Below are positions 50,670 through 61,544 of a DNA stretch of 64,000 nucleotides, piece by piece. The stretch is from positions 85,004,001 to 85,068,000 of the forward strand of contig CM052817.1 in the NCBI GenBank assembly GCA_028534125.1, read 5' to 3'. How positions within the stretch are numbered: position 1 is the stretch's first letter; each line of letters starts with the position of its first letter. This stretch comes from Lama glama. Taxonomy: Eukaryota. The notes beneath the pieces are model-generated. The model saw nothing but the letters and a program-made list of their open reading frames with translations. It searched no databases and was not told the DNA's origin. A program made the translations under genes and the position numbers.

Positions 50670-51305
50670 ATCTGTTTCTGAATTATTTCAGAACATAAGC
50701 CATTTTATCTTTAAAAATACAATTTAAATCACATCGAACTCCTGCTTAAAAGCTTCCAATGATACTCCACTGAAATTGGAATAAAACCCAAGCTCCTTAA
50801 CATGGCCTACAAACCTATGCAATGTCTGTCTCCTTACGACCTCTCTAACCTTGACAAGTACTATTCTCTTTCTTGCCATAATGGCCTTGTTTTAAATATG
50901 CACAGCTCATTTCTGCTTCAGGACCTTTACAACAGATATTCTCTCTTCCTGTTCTTACTCTACACCTTTATTACTGCTCACTGTTCTTGACCATTCAGTT
51001 CTTTATTGAAATATCATCTCCACAGACAGGGTGTAAGACACCCATTCCATATAATCTTAACCAAAGTAAACTTTCTTCCCTCCACCTTAATGCTCTCTAT
51101 TCACCATATTGTTATTGTTTTTCCTTTTTAGTACCTGCCGTTATTTAAAATTATTTTATCTATTTGTTCATGTTTATCATTTGTCTTTCCCAGCTTAATC
51201 AGGCCAGGAGTTTTATCTGTCTTATTATTGACTCTTTCATCAGGACCTAGAACTGTATCTGAAACAAAACAAACAAACCTACAACGTATTAATGAATGAA
51301 TAGAT
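50670..51305 (+). mobile_element. L2a-like 3' fragment
   Basis: ctcctgcttaaaagcttccaatg...ataaaacccaagctccttaacatggcctacaa...tcaggaccttt...acctagaactgtatctg...aatgaatgaat. Confidence 0.85.
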
Positions 51306-51349
51306 AAACTTGATGTGACATAAAATAAATATATTCAGAAATATCTTAA

Positions 51350-51800
51350 TTCTCAGACTCACAGCCTTAATATTGTGAAAGATCTAAAAAGACTCACCTA
51401 CTTTAGAAAGCTTTCTGAGGTTAGATGCTTCATATCACATGTTCATTAAGTTCATGTCTGAGTACGTCCAGGAGTAGGAAATCCATTAACCCCCAGTGTA
51501 AACCATTTAACATAAATAATCATCTTGGGGTGGTTCTGGCTGCTAGAAAATTCTTCCTAAGATTGCGGTGAAAAGTATGTGCCTTTTTAGCCTATATTCA
51601 TGCTACCCACTGGGACTGAGATTACCCACTGGGACCGAGACTACCCACTGGGACCATGGAAGTCTTAAGACCTCAGTTACTTAATAAGCAATACATTGTA
51701 AATCGTATAGTCTACAGGAGTAGACTTCATAAGTACATTTAACTTATTTTTTTATGAGATGTCCTTTTATTGTGTTTTATGTATATTCCTTTCTGGACAT
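51350..51800 (-). mobile_element. CR1/L3 LINE 3' fragment
   Basis: tctgagtacgtccaggagtaggaaatccattaaccc...gctagaaaattcttcctaagattg resembles the antisense L3 3' end. Confidence 0.5.
51603..51655. repeat. 19-bp tandem repeat, ~2.8 copies
   Basis: ctacccactgggactgaga / ttacccactgggaccgaga / ctacccactgggacc. Confidence 0.9.
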
Positions 51801-51869
51801 CTCCCATTTTGATTATATGTCTTCTACGTTGTGGGATATGAAATTTGTGGTAAACATAATCGATTGTCC

Positions 51870-52602
51870 TGTAGCCTGCTGGTAAATGTTTAACAACTGA
51901 CACTCCTAGTTCTGATATGAATGTTGGTTAATACACTTGTTTACTTTAATGAATAAGATGAAAGTGAAACAACAAAGACCTAAGTCTTTGTTCTTTCATC
52001 AATGACATGAGGGATTTCTTTGCTGAATTGGATAATGCTTTTTGAACATTGTGAGTATATTCCTCAAATTTTTGAGTTATTCAGAATGTAATAGCTACAG
52101 ACAGAGACACGCTTTTAAGTTTAATCATAATGCAACAGCTAGGGACAGGGGCAAACTTTTTAAGTTTAATCTGCTTAATGAACATTTTCTCCTCTTTGTT
52201 AACTCTAGACAATCCACAAAACACACACACAAAAGGAGGCCATCTATATGTAGCATTTTCTGCTTACTGTGGTATAAATACTCCCACCATGGACAATATC
52301 AAGGTACAATGTGACATCATTGAATGCAAAGTTGGGAACAGATACACAGAAGCACACCATCTATATAGTAGTTCCACGGTAAAGATGTGATTTAAATAAA
52401 TAACCTCAAGAATGTAGATAATAGAAAAAATGTAATAAAATAACTAGGTAAAGATGAGTATGTATTACCTTCAATATTTATTCCCTTTGTTTTAATATAA
52501 TTTAATTATAAGTTCATGTAATTTTTAATAATGGCTCTGTTTAACAACTGGTTCACAAAATTCCTGAAAGTTTACTAGTCAGATTTTGTGAAGTAACTGG
52601 CT
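51870..52602 (-). mobile_element. MER63-like hAT-Blackjack DNA transposon
   Basis: gctggtaaatgtttaacaactg at the left end and tgtttaacaactggttcacaaaattcctgaaagttt at the right end, both MER63 hallmarks. Confidence 0.7.
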
Positions 52603-53008
52603 GTAGCCCACCATTGCTGGCTGACACCACCTCCATTCCAACACCTTTGTTTTCTAGCCACTTTTTACCCAGGGGTGGCCCTGTCGTGCAGTTCTGGTCC
52701 ATGAGACATAAATGGAAGTCAACTGTGATGTTCCTGGGAGAGGTTTTGCTTTCTGGCAATGGGATCTATCTGCTTTTTCTTTCCTTTTCCACTCTGCTGG
52801 AGAATGAATACAATTGCTGTAGCTGCAACAGCCTTATTAATCTGAGGGGAATACGAGTACTTTGCAAATACAGTGCTAGGCCACGTTGCACTGTTGAACT
52901 AGCACCAGTAGCCACCTACTCTGGACTTCTTACTATAAGAAAAAAAATTGTTCAATTACCATGATCAGCTCTTTGTCACTTGAAAGAAAAGCATTCCTAA
53001 ATGATACA
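52602..53008 (+). mobile_element. MLT1J-like LTR
   Basis: gcagttctggtccatgagacataaatggaagtc...cacctactctggacttctt...aaagcattcctaaatgataca. Confidence 0.75.
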
Positions 53009-53311
53009 AAACTAAAGCACTGTAGATGTTTTGGCCAGTCTTGGCTTACTGTTCATCCTGAGTCTAGATACTGCATATTAATTTAGAAAGGCAAAGATTG
53101 GGTTTATTTTTTTTAAATAGCCTAATTCAAATTTTTAATAACTGGGCTGGCCTACGTTTGTTTGTCTGTTTGTTTTGGTCTGTCTGACCATTTATTCTGG
53201 ATACAAATTGTCTTCTGATATATGTTGATGTTGTATGCAAAGAAGTCTCTCCCCTCCTTCCTCTCAGTTGCTTTGTGGAATACAGGAACCAAAGGCTATG
53301 CTAAGAAACAA

Positions 53312-53670
53312 AAAATAGATTGGTAATTTCCAGGGGTTGGGGTTGGAGGAGGATGGTGGCAAAATGGATGAAGGTGGTCAGTAGGTACAAAATTCCAGTT
53401 ATAAGATAAGTAAGTTCTGGGGAGGTAATCTATAGCAAGGTGATTATAACTAACAATACTGTATTTTATATTTGAAGGTTGCTAAGAGAATAGATTTTGA
53501 AAGTTCTCACCACACCCACACACACAAATTGTAACTATGTGAGGTGATAGATCTTTTAACTAATCTTATTATGGTAATCATTTTGAAATATATACATATA
53601 TAAAATCACTATATTGTATACCTTAATATATGTAATGTTGTATGTCAATTAGAGCTCAAAAAAGCTGCAG
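53312..53670 (+). mobile_element. L1MA8/9-like 3' end
   Basis: gaaggtggtcagtaggtacaaaattccagttataagataag...ttgctaagagaatagattttgaaagttctcaccac...tgtcaattagagctcaaaaaagctg. Confidence 0.85.
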
Positions 53671-54044
53671 GAATACTCAAAATATGCTCAGGTAGACATT
53701 TGTATAATTTCTATTGTTAGGACATAATACAGAATTGGGATTTAACCCTGGGGAAAAAATAAACTACTGAGTAATTTTTAGTAGCGATTGATCCTTCTGA
53801 CAGCAGCAGGGAGACTAAATTCTAGTTTGGTCAGAGAGAAAGCAGGCAGGGAGGCAAGCTGGTGATAATTATGGTGGTTTTAGACATGAGAGTGGTGAGA
53901 ATTAAGGTACGCCTTGAAGGAAGAGCCGAAAGTTATCAGTTAGGAAGGAAAGAGAAGAACCAAGAATGGCTTCTTATTATTTTGGGTTTGTTTTTTGTTT
54001 TTTGTATTTTCCTGAGAAACCATGAGCCTTTTTACTAAGATATT

Positions 54045-54270
54045 AATAATGAATGCTAACGTTTATGAAGCATTATATGTATGTATGTATATATGTATTT
54101 TTTGACTCATTTCAATCTCCTATTAACCCTGTAGGTTAGCATTTCTATTACTCCTAGTTCCTAGATTAAACTTAGAAACAGAGATGTTAATAGCTAGTCA
54201 CTAAATCACACGACCAGTGGTAAGGAGCACAACCAGATTTTGAACATTTGTAATCTTGTCACCACCACAT
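54045..54270 (-). mobile_element. MIR SINE
   Basis: taataatgaatgctaacgtttatgaagc...actcatttcaatctcctattaaccctgtagg. Confidence 0.6.
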
Positions 54271-54639
54271 TTTTAAACAGAAATGTGTGGAAAGGAAGAC
54301 TGGAAAGAAAAGTTCAGCCTGCATGGTAAAGCTGATATGGCTGTTAAAACATGAGAGAGGCATAAAGGAATTAATTAGAGAATTTTTAGATATTCCCATT
54401 TGGTGTAGGCTATTTGTAGCAGAATGGTATTATGTGTAAATTCTCTGGCCTCCTCTCGCCTACCATTTTGAAGCTTCCAAGTGCCTCCAACACTCAGGAA
54501 TCAAAATGCGTTTTCTTTACCCTCATGAAGAAACTATGAGTAAGGAGTGCATTACCTCACAACAGATCAGTCTCAGAAAAGGGGAAATTCCTCAAATTTT
54601 GGATCTTTGTGTCACAATTTAAGTATCAACAATTATAAT

Positions 54640-54875
54640 TCGTATCTTTACATAGCACTTTACTTAGCTTTACAAAGCACATTCTTATACTTTATATCAT
54701 TTTGATTTAAATTCTCACATCAACTCTACAATGTCTTTAATGCAGATATTATTATTCTCATTTCAAAGTGAATCTAACTTGTCCTCAAATAGATTAGGGC
54801 AATTAACCTGAAAATCAGTTGCAAAGATGAGATAGTAATTAGAGTTTCTATAGTTTATATTGTTGTCTTTTCCAA
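54640..54875 (-). mobile_element. MIR-family fragment
   Basis: tacatagcactttacttagctttacaaagcac...ctcacatcaactct...attattattctcattt. Confidence 0.55.
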
Positions 54876-56691
54876 GGGCTTTAGACATAACATTAGAATT
54901 AAGAGTTCTGTTTGAGTCTTGTATGTCCAGGTGACAGCATCATGACTCAATGTAGTTTAAATGTGCACTAGAGTATCTTAACGCATAATGCCAGATAGTT
55001 TAAGGAGATACCCGGCAATACTGACTGAGTTTGTGGTTGGTTTTCATGCATATGGAAGAGACAGGGCTAGCCAAATTTGATCCTCAATCAATTCTACGAC
55101 AACCACAGATTCTCAGTAGGAAGGAGTGCCTAAGTGTCTGTGGAGTCTGGGCATGGGTAGCTTGTTTAATTCCAAACCCCATGGAACTCTTAGCCTTAGC
55201 AAAGTGGCCTAGACTATGGAAAAGCATTGACCTTACTTTTCCCTTTTTTAAACTTAAGACAATGGTTCACACAATACCTTCCCAGCAATGCATCACATCC
55301 TTACTCATAACATTTCTATTGGCCATGAGTAGCTCAGATTTTAAATATTCAGATTTTAAAATTCACTCACTCTGGTCTAAGACAGTATTCAAAATTTTAA
55401 GCCTATTTCCTCTTTGATAAACTTAAAACCCTTAAGCCTTTCTAACAAACAGTGCTCCTCCTGCTCTGACCCTGGACATTATGACAAGAGCCATCACTAC
55501 CCCTGCTACTGAAAATCACTGACCTGTACTATTTGCAGACTTCTTGGGCTCACAACATATTCCTCTTTCCTGATCTCTTATCACGACAATGGTGGGAAGA
55601 GGCAGGGGAGGACAGCCTAAAGGAGAAAAGAGGCAAGTGACGTAATCTTTTCTCTCCAAGGCCTACAGAAGGCATGACAATCTACTGATCCCGCCTGTAA
55701 TTGTCCCTACAGTGCGATCTCTGCCGAGTGGCAGGCAGCCCTGCTCTCCTTGTACACCTGTTACACAGAAATAAGTGATACATGAGAGAATTTAACATTT
55801 TTGAAGTAGGATCCAAAAATAAAAGATGTAAAGAGAAAGCAAGTTATATAGAAAAGAGCACATTTAATGCTGAGAGTTAACGTTTGAAAACTGCACACCT
55901 TGGTTCCTTGGCATCAAGCAATGTCCTTGACCCAGATGCTACTTTGTTCTCCTCGGGGTGGGAGAAGACTGGAGCAAGAAAGCTTTGAGATGAATAGTGG
56001 GAAAAATTAAGGCATTGTAAGACAGTGTTCCCTTTACTTTTTAATTTTAAAATGGCAAGCTTTTAAATAGTTAAAGAAAAGTAATTATAAACATGTATTG
56101 CTTTACTGCTTGCATCTTTCCTTGGGGCACATTCTGTTCTTCATTTCCCTTACTTGTTCTCTGGCCTGCAGTTCTGAACAGCAATTCACTGCAGAGATCC
56201 CTGGGTTAAGTAGTGAGGGAAATCATTCCAGCTTAAGCATGTTAAGTTTGGATGAGGGCACAGAATTCTAGAAGAAATTGAAACTTACAATTGTGCTTAA
56301 TTGGCTTTAACCCTTCAACATATTGTGTAGAAGTACATTGGGTAATAATATATACTGTTGCACTGTGCAGATGTTAAAATGTAAAATCCTTTAAATGCAA
56401 GCAGCACTTGTCACTCCATCAACTATTCAAATTGTCAGAGATGTATCAGCCAACCCTAACTACCCTCTGCAGGCAATCTGGAGCCAACCTGCTGTTTAAT
56501 AACCAGCATTTAACAAGAAATAACATGTAGATGTGGTGTGTGGCTTAAAACATTGTGTTAAGCATCATTAAAACTCAGTCTCCTAAGAGCCTTATTAAAA
56601 GAGCCCTTTCCTCACCATAATAAAACATTTCTCTGTGACTGTTTCGATCTACATCTAACAATACAAACAAAATGCCTCTTAATTTAGCATC

Positions 56692-56704
56692 CCACTAGAG
56701 GGCC
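56692..56704 (+). promoter_or_regulatory. CTCF core motif
   Basis: CCACTAGAGGGC matches the CTCF core CCASYAGRKGGC, at the edge of a repeat-free block. Confidence 0.5.
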
Positions 56705-57075
56705 ATTGTGCTTGTAGAACTGTAAAAGCAGGGAGGAAAAAAAAAACCCAACAACCCTAAACTACCCTTCCCAAATCCCACCTAATCAGTGAAACTAAAG
56801 CACTAGGAGCCTTTGATTTTAGGATTTCATTTTTACAGGTTCCCCCCCCCCCCTTTTTGTTCCATGTGTCATTATTATTTGGGGCTGAGCCTTTGTTCAA
56901 GACTGGAGGAAAAGGTGACTGATGACTCAGAAACAGGTCCTGCTAATGGGGTCAGCATTCTGCAGTCGTTGGATGGGGTGATAAGTTCTCAAGACAATGC
57001 ATACATTAAACCTGTAAGAATTCATATGCTTTTGATGGTACTATTTATTTGAAAAGAAAAATAAAATTTGCTTAC

Positions 57076-57103
57076 CCTACGATTAGTCTGAAGTACTCCC
57101 ATC
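57076..57103 (-). other. Candidate 28-nt exon (unidentified transcript)
   Basis: ttttctcttgtaataatag|GATGGGAGTACTTCAGACTAATCGTAGG|gtaagc, with a strong donor. Confidence 0.25.
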
Positions 57104-57526
57104 CTATTATTACAAGAGAAAATACATGCATAATTGTGTCAATTAACAGAGATAATAATTCAGATCTTCTAGGATAGAAACAAAGAACAATCAAATTCTG
57201 TTTCTGATCTTCCTCCTTCAAAAATGTGTGTGCCAAGATTCTCTGCACAACCTTCCCCACCGCTTCATAGACAGTTATAGAGCTAACAAAATTGACAAAC
57301 TACAATAATATTTTGATAGAGGATGCTAACAAATTAGATTTAGGAAGACTTTGTTCTGAAATTTCGGTCTGCTGAATAACTTTTCTAACCTGTAATATTT
57401 ACAGTGACTCAAGTAGAAGTATATTGGATTGTAAATGACCAATTAATTATAATTATTCTTTGCATTCTTTTGAAATGACTACCAACAAAGGAGAAATTGG
57501 TTTATCTCATTTTTAGTTAATCTTAC

Positions 57527-57592
57527 CTGCAGGACTGCGACAAGACGCCACACAAACTGCTTTTATTTTCACTCATGCTGTTTATCCAAATG
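57527..57592 (-). other. Candidate 66-nt exon (unidentified transcript)
   Basis: tacttccttcag|CATTTGG...ATGAGTGAAAAT...TCCTGCAG|gtaaga. One open frame (IWINSMSENKSSLCGVLSQSC) with two retained CpGs. Confidence 0.28.
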
Positions 57593-57983
57593 CTGAAGGA
57601 AGTATTTGGATAAACAGGTATTTGTACTCCAGATTCTCTAAGTTTACCTGAAACATTGACTAGCTTTCCAAGGTTTGAAAAAGTTCATGATATTTTTCCA
57701 CTAAAATATGGCAAGGTTCAAGAATATAGTTTTCAAGATTCAACAAAATATATTAATCACACTTTTTAGTTAATGGAGGATGATTCACCTTTAAAATATA
57801 TTTGAATAGTTCAAAGTTCTCGATATTTCTCACAAATACGAAAGTTGTCTCTCGTTGGGGTATATACTTGTTTTTTGTTTGTTTGCTGTTTTAGCAATAA
57901 ACCATAAATATTATTCTGAGTATTAGTTGGTAGCCCAAACAAACCAATGAGATTACTCTTTTGTAAATTCTCTCTAGTAACAT

Positions 57984-58059
57984 TTAGGTTGAACCACATG
58001 AAATTGCCATCTCATAGATCAAAAATGGATGACAATCAGCAGTTTCATATGATTCAACT
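57984..58059 (-). mobile_element. MADE2 mariner-derived MITE (second copy)
   Basis: ttaggttgaaccacatgaaattgcc...gcagtttcatatgattcaac, inverted termini, right end eroded. Confidence 0.75.
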
Positions 58060-59042
58060 GTCTCTTTATGAGATTTAAGTGATTTATAACCCTTCTGCCC
58101 TATTCGTGGGAATACAAATTGGTGCAACCACTATGGAAAGCAGTATAGAGGTCCCTTAAAAAATTAAAAATAGAACTGCCATATGATCCAGCAATTTCAC
58201 TCATGGGTATTTACACAAAGAAAATGAAAACACTAATTAGAAAAAAAAATATGCATCTCTGCATTATTTATAGTAGCCAAGATATGGAAGCAATCTAAGT
58301 GCCCATCAGTAGATGAATGGATAAAGAAAATGCAGTGTGTGTGTGTGTGTGTGTATGTATGTGTATGTGTGTGTGTATATATATATATAATATTTATATG
58401 TATATATAAAATATTTAATATATAATGAAATATTACTCAGCTATAAAAAAAGAATGAAATATTGCCATTTGCAACAATATGGATGAACCTCGAGGGTGTT
58501 ATGCTAAGTGAAATAAGTCAGACAAAGAAAGACGAATACTGTATGATTTCACTTATATGTGGAATCTTAAAAACAAAGCAAATGAACAAACGTAATAAAA
58601 CAGAAATAGAGTCATAGATATTGAGAACAAACAGTTGCCAGAGAGGAAGTGGGTGAGCAGAGGAAGAGAGAAATAGGAGAGGAATATTAAAAAGTACAAA
58701 TTTCCAGTTACAAAATAAATGAGGCATGGGTTTGAAATGTATAATGTGGGGAATATGGTCAATAATTATTTAACATCTTTGTATGGTGATAGATTGTTAA
58801 TTAGACTTATTGAGCTGATCATTTCAAAATGTATAGAAATTTTGAATTACTATGTTGTGGAACAGGAACTAACATAGTGTTGTAAGTCAATTATACTTTA
58901 AAAACAAATGAAAAACTCCTAAAAAAGAGATCAGTTTTGTGGTTACCAGAGGTGAAGAGTAGGGGGAGGAGGAATGGGATGAAGGCAGTCAAAAGGTAGA
59001 AACTTCTAGTTATCAGATAAATAAGTATTAAGAATGTAAGGT

Positions 59043-60119
59043 TCCATATAGTTTTTCATAATATTCTCGTATGATATTCTGTATTTCTATTTTGTTTGTT
59101 GTAATTTCTCCATTTTCCTTTCTTATTTTGCTAATTTGTGCTCTCTCTTTTTTTTTCTTTGTGAGTTTGGCCAGAGGTTTGTCGATTTTGTTTACTTTTT
59201 CAAAAAACCAGCTTTTGGTTTGGCTGATTTTTTCTATGGTCTTGTTAATCTCTATTGTATTTAATTTCTCTCTGATCTTTATNNNNNNNNNNNNNNNNNN
59301 NNNNNNNNNNNNNNNNNNNNNNNNNNNNNNNNNNNNNNNNNNNNNNNNNNNNNNNNNNNNNNNNNNNNNNNNNNNNNNNNNNNNNNNNNNNNNNNNNNNN
59401 NNNNNNNNNNNNNNNNNNNNNNNNNNNNNNNNNNNNNNNNNNNNNNNNNNNNNNNNNNNNNNNNNNNNNNNNNNNNNNNNNNNNNNNNNNNNNNNNNNNN
59501 NNNNNNNNNNNNNNNNNNNNNNNNNNNNNNNNNNNNNNNNNNNNNNNNNNNNNNNNNNNNNNNNNNNNNNNNNNNNNNNNNNNNNNNNNNNNNNNNNNNN
59601 NNNNNNNNNNNNNNNNNNNNNNNNNNNNNNNNNNNNNNNNNNNNNNNNNNNNNNNNNNNNNNNNNNNNNNNNNNNNNNNNNNNNNNNNNNNNNNNNNNNN
59701 NNNNNNNNNNNNNNNNNNNNNNNNNNNNNNNNNNNNNNNNNNNNNNNNNNNNNNNNNNNNNNNNNNNNNNNNNNNNNNNNNNCGCTCATATGTGGAATCT
59801 AAAAAACAAAAACAAACAAAAACAAAGCATAAATACAGGACAGAAATAGACTCATGGACAGAGAATACAGACTTGTGGTTACTGGGGGGGGTAGAGGGTG
59901 GGAAGGGATAGACTGGGATTTCAAAATTGTAGTATAGATAAACAAGATTACACTGTATAGCACAGGGAAATATACACAAAATGTTATGATAAATCACAGA
60001 GAAAAAAATGTGACAATGAGTGTGTATATGTCCATGAATGACTGAAAAATTGTGCTGAACACTGGAATTTGACACAACACTGTAAAACGATTATGAATCA
60101 ATAAAAAATGTAAAAAAAA
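59043..60119 (+). mobile_element. Young L1 with 5' inversion (antisense ORF2 59043-59282; gap 59283-59782; sense 3'UTR and poly-A 59783-60119)
   Basis: The minus-strand peptide KSWFFEKVNKIDKPLAKLTKKKKERAQI...EYYEKLY is L1 ORF2. 13-bp TSD aagaatgtaaggt at 59030-59042 and 60120-60132; TT/AAGA nick site. Confidence 0.9.
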
Positions 60120-60251
60120 AAGAATGTAAGGTGCAATATGAAAAATATATATGTTGTATATTATATATGAAAGTTAAGAAAGCAAATCCTGAGTTCATCA
60201 CAAGGAAAAAAATATAATTTTCTTTTTTTTTAATCTTCTATTTGCAGAATG

Positions 60252-60502
60252 TTTTCTTTTTTTTTAATATAAGTATAGTCAATCACAATGTATCAATTTC
60301 TGGTGCACAGCACAATGTCCCAGTCGTGCATATACATACATATAATCATTTTCATATTCTTTTTCGTTAAAGGTTATTACAAGATATTGAATATAGTTCC
60401 CTGAGCTATACAGAAGAAAGTTGTTTTTTTAACCTATTTTCATATATAGTGGCTAATATTTGCAAACCTCAAACTCCTACATTTATCCCTTTCCACCCCT
60501 AT
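60252..60502 (-). mobile_element. Short camelid-type L1 3' end
   Basis: T-tract followed by aagtatagtcaatcacaatgtatcaatttctggtgcacagcac...caagatattgaatatagttccctg; similar to the 46014 element. Confidence 0.85.
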
Positions 60503-61544
60503 TTTTTTCTATATCTTTAGTTTTATATCTATATGAGATGATCAATGTTCATTTAACTTATTATGGTAATTACTTCATGATGCTTGTAAGTGAAATCATT
60601 ATACCTTAATACAGTAATAATATCAATTTTATCTCAATAAAACTAAAAAAAAAGTAAAAAAACCAAATTCTTCAACATGTAAAGTGAATTACAAGTTCAT
60701 TTTAGTAGCAGTTTCTCTGAACATGAAGATCAAGGTTCAAACAGTCTTTTCTCATAAAGGGATGATTCCAACACACATGCAATGCTGTAATACATTCTTC
60801 CTAAAAACTCAGAGGAGAGGACCCATAAACCTTTGGTGAGCCAAACATTTCTTTAAACCAGTTCCGTGTGAAAGTACATGCTGATGGTCAAGAAGGAGAG
60901 AAATGAGAGACCGAATTAGTGACTTGTAAGGGTGACATGTCAGGAGTGTGCCCAATGTCCGCTAGAGGAGAAGGCTGTATTTTCATTCTCTATTTTATCT
61001 TTGAATGGGGAGTTTTGTGAATTCACTACCTTTTCACCACATTAAAATACACTCAGGGCCCAAGGAAAGCTGCCAGGTGATTCCCAGGAGGCCCTCTGGA
61101 GACAGAGCCATTAGTGAAGTGCACAGTGTAATTAGAGTGCAGGCTGCAAAATCCATTCACACCAATATGATATGAGATATTACCTGCACCCAACTGTAGT
61201 TTTCTTTTGAAATCTCGCCATATTGTGTTCCTACGTGACATTTTCCTTGTAAACCACTTCCTCTTCTCAGGCAGTAAATATTTCAGCAGTTTAGAGAAAT
61301 TAGACAATAAGCTATCTCAATAGAAAGTATGCTATCTAAAGTTAGCCCATAAGAAAGGTCTTATGAAATTCACAGAATTAATATAAATTAGATCATTATG
61401 ATTTAACTCTGATAAATAAAATCTCACATAGGGATTATGGTGACTTTCCGGGAATGGAGAAGTTCACAATACAACTTGCTATGCTATCAGATATTGATGT
61501 GCAATGTAAAAAAAGACATCCTTGCTAAAATGTGGATTTCCATT

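Larger units (their letters stand above)
58090..60660 (+). mobile_element. Older L1 (L1MA9-like) ORF2 end and 3'UTR, interrupted by two younger L1s
   Basis: aaattggtgcaaccactatggaaagcagtatagagg...atgatccagcaatt... runs to 59029, resumes at 60133-60240 and 60505-60660, and ends ctcaataaaactaaaaaaaaag. Includes (TG)n/(TA)n at 58335-58420. Confidence 0.85.

Noticed and set aside
51603..51655. CRISPR-like direct repeats
   Set aside because: Units are contiguous without spacers, there are only ~3 copies, and the context is mammalian with no cas genes.
55031..55417. 128-aa ORF (likewise 62277-62666, 52614-52964, 39158-39529)
   Set aside because: Non-ATG or repeat-embedded ORFs with no motif and no supporting splice structure.
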